Translations under genes and position numbers: made by a program | Part shown: one piece after another, positions 29,599 through 41,084 of the stretch | How positions within the stretch are numbered: position 1 is the stretch's first letter | How the letters are laid out: every line of letters starts with the position of its first letter | The notes under the pieces: generated by a model | What the model was told of the DNA's origin: nothing | What the model saw: the letters and a program-made list of their open reading frames with translations, nothing else | The model's database searches: none | Source: Geosiphon pyriformis uo1 | Taxonomy: Eukaryota; Fungi; Glomeromycota | DNA length: 64,000 nt | Assembly: GCA_016748015.1 (NCBI GenBank) | Contig: JAAOMT010000135.1 | Coordinates: forward strand, 1,053,085-1,117,084 | Direction: 5' to 3'

Positions 29599-31910
29599 TT
29601 TTTTTTATTATGTTTTAACAAAGTGTGCCCAAACATTATCTAATACACTGTGCCACTATAGAATTACAAATTAAATGTGTTTCATGCTCTTTTTACATGT
29701 GATCAACCACTCAAGTCAGTCAAAGCACCAACTAAGTTGAAACAAAAGAAACTGGAAGAAAACCCAGCTTACCAAGTCTCTTAATAATACTATTTAAATT
29801 TCTAGAATCGAAAATAAATTCACTAAAAAACAATCTAGTTTTTTCACTGTTATCTTTAACTTCAGGACTACACATTTGCCACAAAGCAACTGTATGGTCA
29901 ACTGTGTCTTCACTTAATGGAGAAGCCTTGGCAGCACTAATATCATTTTTATCAAGATTACTAAATTCCACCTTAGTCTTAAGACTGGCAAAATCTTTAG
30001 ACACACCAATCAAAAGTTCGGCAAAGCCCTTGGAGGCATTATACATAGTCAAAAGATCTTTCTCAACCTTTAGAGTCTTGACAGCATTGTCATTCAAAAG
30101 AATAATAACCAAAGTAACCAAAGAACCAATTGGCTCAATGACAGACTTAACCAAAGCAGTTAGATCCAGAATCTGTTTCTCCATAGAATTTAATCTAAGC
30201 TTAATAGCAGAGTCAGCAATGGAAGCAGCAGAGGATGCAGCAAATGAAGAAGCCAGCAAATCAGAAGCCACCAAAGGAGGGAATCCAAAACTACTTAGAG
30301 TGGCAGAAGCTTTAGCATAAGAGACATTACTCACAAAATGGGAATTAAACACTTTGGAAGTCTTGGGAGGAGAAAGCAAAAACATCTTATAGTCAACAGC
30401 CAGATAGCCAGTCTCTTGACACCTAAAACAGTGCTTACAACCAGGAGTTTCCCATCAGATACAGCACTTTTTCAGTATACCAGTTTTAACAACAGCAAAA
30501 TTCAATTTAGCTTGAGAGCCAAATGTGACCAAAGCAAAGTGGAAACAATGACCAGAATCAGGAGACCAAGAAATAAAACAAGTCTGACCACCAACTTGAG
30601 AAATCATATCACTGATTTCAAAGGCAGTGCAGCCAGGAGGAAGGTTGACCAACTTGGTCTTAAACCTATTATAAGACATAATTGCTTCTTGTTGATTTAC
30701 AACAGAAAGGATCTGAACACTATCTTTGTCCACCAAAACTGACCAGTGATTAAGGGCAGATGTGACAGCAACCAAATTCTCAAAATGAACCACCACATAT
30801 TGCCAAATGCCAACAGGTTTTAGCACAACACAAGTAATCATACCAAAAACACTAAGAGCTGTCTTAATGTCAGCAGCAGATACATCCAAGAGCACATCAT
30901 GCAGTGCAACAGCAGCAGAAGAGGAACCAGACTTAGAAACCACCAAAAACTTGGCAATTTTGAAAGTAGTCAAATGTACAGAACTTGTAAGCTCAACCAA
31001 AAACACAGTTTTCAAAGAAACTTAAAAAGCAAACTCTATACAAAACAGTTTTACATTGTCTTTTAATACTGATTTTGCATCCAAGAAACCATGTACTGAC
31101 TGAAAAACAGTTTTAACATGAGCCAATTTGATCTTAAAAGTAGCACCAAGCACCAGAATGGAGGCCACCCACCCAGCAAATCTTTGATAACTAGTAATAG
31201 TTTCCCAAGCACTACCAGAAATAGCACCAGAAACTAGAAAAGGAGATGATTCAGTTTCCATTTGATCAGCCCAGTTCTCAAGAACAGATAACCCAACAAG
31301 AAAAAATTGCTTTGATTCTAAAACTGGTGATGATCTACCAGAAGACACCATATTTGGCAATACAGTTAGTGGTTGATCTTGGCCCATCTTGGACAATGTG
31401 TCAGATAATACTATGGAGATCTTATCTAAGATCTTATTGGGAACCACAAAGGGGTTCAGTGTAACAATAGCAGAGGCAAGCAACTGCCCCCACTTTTCTG
31501 AACTTTTGGTCTTTTTGATCATTTTTCTTGAAAAGATGGTACTAGAAGCACCAGGTGTTAAACTTATAGAGGGGAAGACCAGCTTATTTACTGGTCTATT
31601 ATTAAAAACTTTTGGGCTTTTAGTTGGGATGGAGACAACACTGAGACTAACCCAAGTGTGTCTCTTTGAAAGAACTTTGACTGGTAAAAAACCAGCTAAA
31701 GATAAGAAAGTTGCTTTAGTGGCTACCAAAAGCAGCTTATCATAATTACTGGGTAAGGAAAAGGCTTCTAAAACATTCTGCCTAGTTGCTTTTACAACAG
31801 AAAGAGCTTCTCTGGTTGAAATTTTATTAGATATCTCAGAACAGATATTAGGTGTAGCTTTTTTATTCTTTGCTCTAATTGTGGTCATAAAATTAAGAAG
31901 ACAAAGAGTT
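29595..31910 (-). mobile_element. Non-autonomous ORF1-only retroelement (HAL1-like), full-length copy 1
   Basis: 5' end ACTCTTTGTCTTCTTAATTTT-ATG; single ORF1-like frame; stop followed directly by the LINE-type 3' stem-loop/UTR and an A-rich tail; no EN or RT sequence. Confidence 0.85.
29732..31888 (-). pseudogene. ORF1/gag-like protein (about 718 aa: basic Ser-rich N-terminus, RRM-like domains, CCHC knuckle, coiled coil) with two in-frame stops
   Basis: ORF fragments 31022-31888, 30455-31015 and 29732-30385 are in one frame. The knuckle consensus CFRCQEMGHLAVDC comes from comparing copies. Segments WSVLVDKDSV and LVNLPPGCTAFE align with LINE ORF1 WSFLIGKDSV and FTLPVRTTAHN. Confidence 0.85.
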
Positions 31911-32049
31911 TGTTTATTTAATTTTAATTGGATTATAAATTAATTAATTTTAATTAAATTTTTAATTTATAAATTTTTATTTTATATTTTACAAACAATA
32001 TGTTCTTATCTGAATTTGAAATTAATCATCATTATTTGATTTATTTTAC

Positions 32050-32145
<96 letters not shown>

Positions 32146-34329
32146 GTAAAATAATAATAATAATAATTATAATAATAGTAGTATTAATAGTAGTAATAAT
32201 ATTAATAATATTAGTAGATTTTTTAAAAAATAATATTTTTTTCACTATTATTATTACTATCTTTATTTTATTTTATTTATATTAATTATAAAAAAATTTT
32301 AAATATTTTAAATTTTAAATTTATTTTTAAATTAACTGATTATTTTTTATTATAATTAATTTGTTTAATTTAAAAAAATATTAAATATTTACATTCATAT
32401 TTATATTACTTTATATTTTTAACTCATAAAAATTATTGTTGGAAAATAAAATCTTTCTTAAATTTTCTTTTATTTATTTATTTATGAAAAAAATACTTGG
32501 TATTTTTCTTGTTTTCAGTTTTGGTTTTTGATACTACATATATTATATTACTTGAAATAAAATTTTAGATATGTTTTTTTTATTTTATTTAAAAACAAAA
32601 CAAAAAATACTTATTGTTCTCCTATATTTCGAATAATATTCTCTTATTAATTTAAATTTTGAATCAATCAATTAATATATGGTACAAATATATAAAAATT
32701 CTGGTTTAAAACACTTTTTATTAATAATTAATAATATTAATAATAATATACATAGAATAAATAAAAATAATTTATTTATAAAATAGTTTATATAATATAA
32801 TATAAAAAATTACCATATATTTATTATTTATTTTTATTTATTTTAAAAAATTACTGCTCAATTTAATTAAAAATAATTTGCTTAATTTATTTTAATAACA
32901 AAAATAAATAATAAAAAATATATTTTTTATATAAATATTTATTGTATTATTCTATATTTTTAAAACTTTATTTAAACTATTTAAAAATAAATAAATTTTA
33001 ACTTAAATTATTTAAAATTGTTTTTGTATTAAAAATTTTATAAAATTTTAAATTATATATTTGTAAATTAAAAAATTAATTATTTTATACTAATTTAATA
33101 TAAAAATTAAAAATATTTTACAAATAATTATTTTAATAAATAAATAAATATAAAATTTATAAAATAATTAAAATTAATTTGTTTTCTAATTCATAATTTT
33201 TAAGTTAAATTTTAATTAATATTAATATTAATATTAAAACAATTAATTTTAAAATAATTATTTATTATTTTTGTTTATATATTAATTATTATATTATTTG
33301 CAATTTATTATTATATTATTTACAATTTATTAATTTGCAATTATATTATTTGTAATTTATTATTATTATAAATATTTATATTATTATTTTTAATTCTATA
33401 TTTTATTTTAAACTTAATAATATTTTAATTTATATTATTAATAGCTTTTTAAAAACAAAAACTTTATTTTAAATATTTTTAATTATATCTTTTAATTTTA
33501 CAAAAATAATTCAATTAATTTAATAATTAACAAAATTAAAATATTAATAAATTTAATAATAAATTTAATTAATAAAATTAATATAATCAATTTAAATTTT
33601 AATAAAGTTAACTTAAATTAATTACAAAATTAATAATAAAAGCAATAGTAATTAAAAACATTAAAATAAAAAAAATTAATAAAATAAAAATTTTAATATA
33701 AGATTAAATAAAAAAAATTAATAAAACAAAAATTTTAATATAAAATTTAATATTAATAAAATAAAATTTAAAAATCTTAAACTTAATTATTAATTTAAAT
33801 AACAACTTAAAAAAGAGAAGTAAAAATATTTTGTAATTTGTAATTTATTAAAAATTAATTTTTTTTTAAATATAATATTTTTTTAAAAACCAAAAGTAAT
33901 AATCACTTATTTTAGTTATTAAACATCAAAAAAGCCAAAAATAAAACATATATAATTACAAACTTAAAAAACTAAATTACTAATTTTAAAAACAATATAA
34001 TTAAAAAAAAATTAATAAACACACCAAGAATATTTTTAATATTAACAATAATAATATTTTTAAACATATTATACAAAACAATAGCAACAAAAAAAAGAAT
34101 AAATTCAAAAACTACCAAAAATTTAACAAAATTTAATAAACTTTAATATAATAACAAATATTTTTAAATATTATTTTATTATTAATCATAAAAAACTTTT
34201 TTTAATATTAATTAATAATATAAAAAATAAGTATGTAGTATTATTAATAAATAAAGTTTTATTATTATTTATATTATTTAAATAATTTTTAATTTTTATC
34301 TAATTTATTTTTAAATTTTTAATATATAC

Positions 34330-35287
34330 TGTTATCAGTAGAATTTTAGTCAATAATTAACATAAAATTACCTTTATAATTCTTATTATTAATTAGCATA
34401 TATTATTATTGTTTCAATTATTACTTATTAGTTAATCAAATTATTAAATGTTATTATTCAATTAATAATCCAATTTGTATGATACATAATTGTAATAATC
34501 AGATTATACAATATATTGAACTCTATAATATTCAAGAATTCGCTAAAATTTGTAAAGATTTGTGAAATATCTTAATAGTTTACTGAAATTATTTATAGTT
34601 TATAAAAATAACTTATAATTTGTTAAAATATATTTTTAATTTGTCAAAATTATAGCAAAAAAAAGTGCAAATTTATAAATTAATACTACAATAAATTGTA
34701 TAAAAGAAAAGTTTTTTTTTTTAAAAAAATATATTTTATTAGAAAATAATAATTTTATTTTTAGATTTATTTTCAATATTACAATTCAAATAAAATATAT
34801 TTTAAAAAACCAATTCTTTTAATAATTACACTTAAAATTTTCCAAAATCTAACTAATGTTTTGAAATTAATTAACTACCAATTTCAGTAAATTATTAGTA
34901 ACTTTAAGCCTAAACCAGAAACAATTCCTTTAACAAAATTCCATTTTTTTTATTTTTTTTTATTTTTTTTATTATAATTATTAGAATAGTCTACAGACAA
35001 AATTTTTGTAAAAAAATTGACTTTTATAGTAAAGTAACTACACATTTTTAGTAAGCTTTTAAACAAGTAATTCCTGGAAAAGAATTGATATTTATTATAA
35101 CATAACTATACAAAATGACTAATATAGAATTGGCTATTTCATTTATAAGTCCAATAATTCAAATTATAAGAAATAATTTAAAGATAAATTCAGTTATTAG
35201 AAGTTTATTAGCTTTTAATAAACATAAATTAACAGCAAACTGATATTAATAACATTTAAGAAAAAAGACCAAAAATTTATAATAACA
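34330..35287 (+). mobile_element. Solo LTR of the gypsy family, AT-eroded, 4-bp TSD ATAC
   Basis: Starts TGTTATCAGTAGAATTTTAG and ends ...AAGACCAAAAATTTATAATAACA, colinear with the reverse complement of the 49949-50960 LTR; ATAC at 34326-34329 and 35288-35291. Confidence 0.85.
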
Positions 35288-35681
35288 ATACTATATTATA
35301 AATAGGGTTTTTTTCAATTCAATATTTATTATAAAAATTAAAACAAGTTATATTAAGTTTTGTTTTATAAGTATTTAATATTATTTAATTATTTAAATAA
35401 ACAATAATTATTCTAAAAATCAGAACATATTTTAATATTTATATTCAAATTAAAAAATTACATAAATAGATTATTAATAATACTAAAAAAGTTTAAAATT
35501 TTGATTAATTTATTAATATAAACAGTAATTGTATTTAAAAAAACATTAATTAAATTTTTTTTGGTATTTAAAAAAGTTTAAAAATTATATAAAATTTTGT
35601 AAGAAAACAAAAATAACAAATACAACAAATTATTAATTAAATTATTTATATTTATAAAATTTATTATAATATTAAACCAAA

Positions 35682-37289
35682 GGTGGAAGAGACTGGACCC
35701 TCGGGGCCCGATTCCTGATTGGTTCAATGCTGCTGTTTGCTTTTTGTCTGGTTCTGGATCATCTTCCATTTGTTCTCTTTTGCCACTGAATGTTGATTCG
35801 TCTGACATACTTGAATCTTGCGAGTTTGATGTTGTTTGCAATCACTTGTTGGAGGTTGATTCTGATTATCTTTCTGTATTTACGGATAGTTCTTTGTGTG
35901 AGCTGGGTACTCTTGGTATGAAGACTGGCACCACTGTTTTTTTTGAGGACATTGATTTGGGTTTAGGTGTGGAAGTTTCTGGTTTGATTTCTTCTACCAT
36001 GATGGAGCTGCAGGCCATTGCTTTGGCTCTCAAGTGTGTCCCTCCTTTTCATTCAGTTAATCTGTTTTTGGACAGCCAGGCCACTTTGGATGCATACAAG
36101 TCAGAGTTAATGTTGGGGTGTCCAGATTTCAGGAATCGGTGTTGGGTTGAACGCCACCATATTTCTAATGTCATTCGTTACAAAAATTTGGATGTTGATT
36201 GGATTAAAGTTAGAGGTCACTCTGGAGTTTTGGGCAATGAGCGTGCTAACACTTTGGCTAAGGCTGCTGTGTCTTCTGGTGTGCATCTTCCTCACAGGAT
36301 CGATGAACATTTTCTCAAGGCTGGTGGTACTGTAGTTTCTGGTAATTCTAGGCATTTTGTTCATGATGTTTTCCACTCTATTCACCGTGCATATTGGGAG
36401 ATCAGTTCTGGTTCTTGGGTATTGGTGGACAGCCTACGTGCTAATGTTGATTGGTTCAGGTTATGTTTGGTGTGACATCCAGACTCTCATTTGGCTGCTG
36501 GTTTCACTAGTGCACATACTGCTGATTCTCAAACGTATTTTATGAAGGCGTTGTATCATCGTCTTCCTGTTGCTGTGCAAAAGCATCTTTACGATAAGGG
36601 GTACCCCAGTGTGATGTGTTTGTTCTGTGGCAATGTTGAAATTTCAGATCATGTGTTTTCGTGCCCATTTGATGCTGGTGATCATGTCTGGTTGATGAAT
36701 GCTCATGCATCTGTTTGGGAAATGCACTCAGGTTTATCTTACTCGACTTCATGTGTTTTGCAGTTGCTTTCTGCTTGCATTTCCAATGCTGTTGTTGATG
36801 TGGCTATATGTAAGGGCTTTGTTTTTAATAAATGGTATCATGAATCTTTTTCTGTTTTCAAAGACTCTAAAACAGTGGCTCAGAATATTATGGCATTTGT
36901 GCGTGATTTTTGTCTTGCATTCCGTAATGATATTTGGCTGGTTTATGCAAAACACAGAGCTGTTATAGAGAAGGGTGGCTTGATCCCATGTGATGGTTTT
37001 ATTCCTGTCTTGGTTTCTGGTCTTCTTTCGGTACTCTTGTCCAGTGTGGTTAGATTATTGGGTATCACTGATGCAATTGGTATTGGTTTTGGGTTTTGTA
37101 AATCTAGTTTATTCTTTTCAGGTATAGGTAACTTGGTCTTGGTGCATATAGGTGCCTAGTGTTGTCCTGACTAGTCTGAGTGGCTGGTCACGTGTAGAAA
37201 GAGCATGATTCACGCCTAGTTTAGATCACTTGTATGATGTATTGTACTAGGTAGTGTTTGGACCTTATTTGTTAAATAAAAAAAAAAAA
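35682..37289 (+). mobile_element. 5'-truncated LINE (LINE-B): RNase H, CCHC, 3' UTR, poly(A); TSD AAACCAAA
   Basis: Begins abruptly at WKRLDPRGP; RNase H KVRGHSGVLGNERAN; CLFCGNVEISDHVFSC; stop at 37159; poly(A) at about 37278-37290; AAACCAAA at 35674-35681 and 37290-37297. Confidence 0.92.
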
Positions 37290-37319
37290 AAACCAAAATA
37301 AAATTATGATGACATATGT

Positions 37320-37470
37320 ATTTATATAAATATATAGTGTTGCTTTATTTGTCCTAAATGATTAGTTACATGTAGTAAGTATGTGAGTTGTATTTAGTTT
37401 GATCTATTTAGTTTGGGTTTATGTACTAGATAGCAGTTGGATTTTATTCATTAAATAAATATTAAAAAAA
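37320..37470 (+). mobile_element. Degenerate isolated LINE-type 3' tail (extreme 5' truncation or SINE-like relic)
   Basis: TAGTGTTGC...TTACATGTAGTAAGTATGTGA...TTTAGTTT...TAGATAG...TTCATTAAATAAA is colinear with the 3' UTRs at 37157-37280 and 54323-54445. Confidence 0.6.
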
Positions 37471-37912
37471 ATTAAATTAAATTAAACTTCTTAAATTAAG
37501 TAATTTTTAATAATAAAAATTTTTTTAAGTAAAACTAAGACCATTACTTGTTAAAAAATTAATTTTCAAAAACAATATTAAAAAAACAGAATATATTAAA
37601 AAAACTATTAATAAAAAAATATCATAATTTTAAAAAATAATATTAATATTAATCAAAAAATTATTTAAAAAAATTATTATTAATTTAATAAAAACTAATA
37701 GTAAGTTATAAAGCAGTTAACTTAAAATTTGTAAATTTAAAATACAATAATTAAAAAACTTATTAAAAATACTATAAAAAACTTCTTTCTCTCCTTCATC
37801 CCAAATTCTTAAAAAAGAGTCAAATTTTGAAAGAAGTTTTTTCTGTTTTTGCATACTGTCTTTCACTATTTCACAAGAATCAAACCCTTTTGTTGTTGGA
37901 CCAGCTGCTACT

Positions 37913-39783
37913 ATGAGTGGTCTTAGTGTTAAGAGAAGGTCTGCCAGAGTCTTGACCACTGGTTCAGTTGGTAGTGGTTTGACTCAAAAAGTCAAAAAGC
38001 CTCTCAGTGGTGTTAAACTTTCAAGTGCAGATAAAAATCTTAAAGATAGTGGGCCTGTTAGTATGGATGGGCAATTTACTAGCATGGATATGGATGGAGA
38101 AGCCTCTGATGGTAGAGCCACTTCTGACTCCCAAATGAATACACCCAATGTGAAGCATTTCAATACTGGTGCGGCTATCAGTTTCTTTCTCAGCTCTATT
38201 AATTATGACATAGATGATGAGGAGAAAGTTTCTTTTCCTCCCCCCCTCCCCATTTGTCTTTCTCTTTAGAAAAAGTGTGGGTGGACTCCAAAATTGTTAA
38301 AACTCAGGTGGAGGTAGCTGTGAAGAAATCTTTTGCTTTGAATATCAATTTTTTGGCTGTAGAAGAGAAATCGGCAATGGCTAAAACTCAGGTCATAAGG
38401 AAATTATTTTCAGGAATCAATGGTTTTGGGGGAGCCACTACCTCCTCAAAATTTGAAGAGATCATCAGATCAATGTTTACTTTATCAGAAAGCATGGAAA
38501 AGGCTGCATCATTGGCCAAAGAAAATAACATCATAGTAAACAGCAATCTTAAGAGACAAAGAATTCACTCAGATTGGGTTGTAGTAATCAAAAAAATTTC
38601 CATGAATATGCCAAAGGAAATAATTGTCGCCACAGTATCCGAGTTTAAAAAAATTAAGTCGATCAAAATCCAGTTAATTGGTTTATGGCAAAAGGCTGTG
38701 GTAGAATTCGCCGAATTAGAACAGGCTGTGTTTTTGGCTGCTAGGTGGTCCTTCCTGATTGGTAAAGATTCAGTTTGTATGGCTATGGTGGTGGGCGATT
38801 GTGAAACTTGGGCATCTAGAGATTAGTTCAGGGCACTTTTGTTTACTTTGCCAGTAAGAACTACTGCTCATAATCTTGGAAATATTCTCGAAGGAGCTGG
38901 TAAAAAAACTTGTGTCATAAATTGGTCATTAGAGACTGGTAATAGGATCTGCTGTGCTGTTGTTTGTTTTGATTCTAATAAAGTTTTGGAGTCAGCTTTT
39001 CACACAGAGCCTATCTTTGGTGGTGTGAAACTCTCATGGGCTAGGCTGAATTTGGTTTGCTGTGAATGGTGTGGGAAGTTCGGTCATTCTGCCTTGAAAT
39101 GTGATGCTGAGGTTGCGTCAGCTCTTAAATTTTCAAAGTTTTTTATAAGGCCTGCCAACCTAGATACTCGTCTCCAGCTGGCCAAATTGTATATAAAGAA
39201 AAATATACCAATCTTTCGTTCTGTTGCCTTTGGTGGCAAATCTTGGGCTCAAGTGGTCTCAGTTGCTTCAGTCTCTCATGGTTTTTGTGCTGGTTCTGGT
39301 TCCAGTTCCTCATCTTCCAGTGCTTTGAGTTCAGATGGGGCACCTCCCCCTCTATCTGTAGTTAATTCTCCTTTGAGTGTTTGCTTAGCACTTCTGGAAT
39401 GCTCTGTGAGGCTTCTGTCTGATCAAATTTTGAACATTCTCTTTCATCTTGACAATATTGGTTCAGCACCCTTGGCGCCCTTCTCTCAAATGGTTCCTTC
39501 TGTGGTTGTTTCTCAGTCCCCAACCTCTGTTCCTCTTGTGGTTGCAAACTCCGGCTTGGATTTTGACATGGCAGTTGATGATCTTTTTGTCCAGCTTACT
39601 TTTCTCTCTCCAGGTATTACCGATCTGCTCTTGGGTCTGAGTAGTTCCAAAGTCTTGACTTTCAAAGTTGGTGGTCTGAAATCGAAGTTGGTTGCCTTCG
39701 ACATCTCCATTGGTTTGATTTTGGCTAAGTTGGATCAGTTGTGTGCTGGCTCAGGTTCTTTGGTTATCTTTTCATTACAATAA
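37913..39783 (+). pseudogene. LINE-C ORF1 (RRM-like domains, CCHC knuckle, coiled coil), disrupted
   Basis: Fragments 37913-38269, 38254-38826 and 38839-39783; knuckle CEWCGKFGHSALKC; frameshift in the C-run near 38240. Confidence 0.87.
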
Positions 39784-41084
39784 CCAGTTTTATTTGGAAA
39801 ATTGTTACATGTAATGTTAAGGGAATGAACAATCCTGCAAAACAGAAGAACATTTTTTGTTGGCATAAGGAATCTGGTAGTTCGATCTTGATTGTTACAG
39901 AAACCAAGTTGTGTTTCAGTTCACAATCTTGAATCATGAAAAGGTTTAAGGGTGTTTGGGTTTTTATGTCTGGTCTGGATGTTGGGTTTCATGGAGCTGG
40001 TGTGGCCATTTTTGTGAACAATTCTCTGACTTGTCATGTTTTCAAAGTTGAGGAGGTGAAAGGCAGAGCTCTTTCGATTTGTCTTTTGTTCAAAAACAAG
40101 CTCTCTGTGTTTATCATTGGGCTTTATACATGTGCATCTAATGGTGACCATTTTGTTCAGACTTCTGTTATCAATTCATTTATTGCTGATACTGTTAACA
40201 AAAGTTTTTTTGTTGTTTTGGGTAAGGATTTCAATGAAGACAATTCAATCAAGAGGGCAAGTCTTAGAAAATGCTTAAGTTTGGATCTAGTTAATGTTTT
40301 TGGTGGTCATTCTCTAACTAAAATTCTTACTTGGAGCAATTCAAGAGGTGTTAGCAAGGTTTTGAACTATATTCTAGTTAGTGACTCTTTGATTTCAGCT
40401 GTTGTGGATCATGATGTTAGTTCTGTCTTGGAATTTTTTAACATGGATCACTTGGCTGTCTTGATGTCTATTGGGTTGGGTGGTCTTCTAGATGCTCGTT
40501 TGAACAGCATCTGCAAGCACACTAATAAGGATTGCTGGAATTTTAAAATTAAGGATGCTGATAAGAAAAAGTGGGTGCATTTCAAAGAACTTTCTAAGTG
40601 TGCGCTTTTGGGTTCTCTGAATGAGTTCAAGACAGCTGAGGATGATGACAACTTGAATGGAATGTGGGGAGTGCTAGCTGAAGCCATAACTGCTTCTGCT
40701 GAAAAAAAAATTTCAAGACATTGGTATAGTGAATTTGATTATGCTAAGAATAAACTTTCTTCTAAATTTTCCAGGTTAGAGATGTTGGTTGCCAAGTTAT
40801 TAAAGATGCTGAGACTGGATGATATGTTGGGCTTTAATTGTCTGGCTGACACTTGGTTTAAAGTTGACCTTTCCGAAACTTCCAAAGTTCTTGGTATGGT
40901 CAGGGATGGTGTGAGTTCTGCTGGCTTGATAAGTCATCTTTTGAAGGTTAGAAAGCAATATAGAAAGTCCAAATATTATGAATCTGAAGTGGCTAAAAGA
41001 TCTGCTATTAGAGACGCGATTGATAAGTGTATGGTGAAGTTTGATATGGACAAAAGTGGGATGATTCGAAGCATCTTGGAGTGG
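39780..41084 (+). pseudogene. LINE-C ORF2, 5' part (APE endonuclease and linker)
   Basis: TCNVKGMNN, ETKL, GVAI, DFN and MDH motifs; cut off by the LTR at 41085. Confidence 0.9.

Noticed and set aside
35744-36475. Host RNase H1 gene
   Set aside because: It lies within a TSD-flanked, poly(A)-tailed LINE fragment homologous to ORF2 of the other two LINEs.
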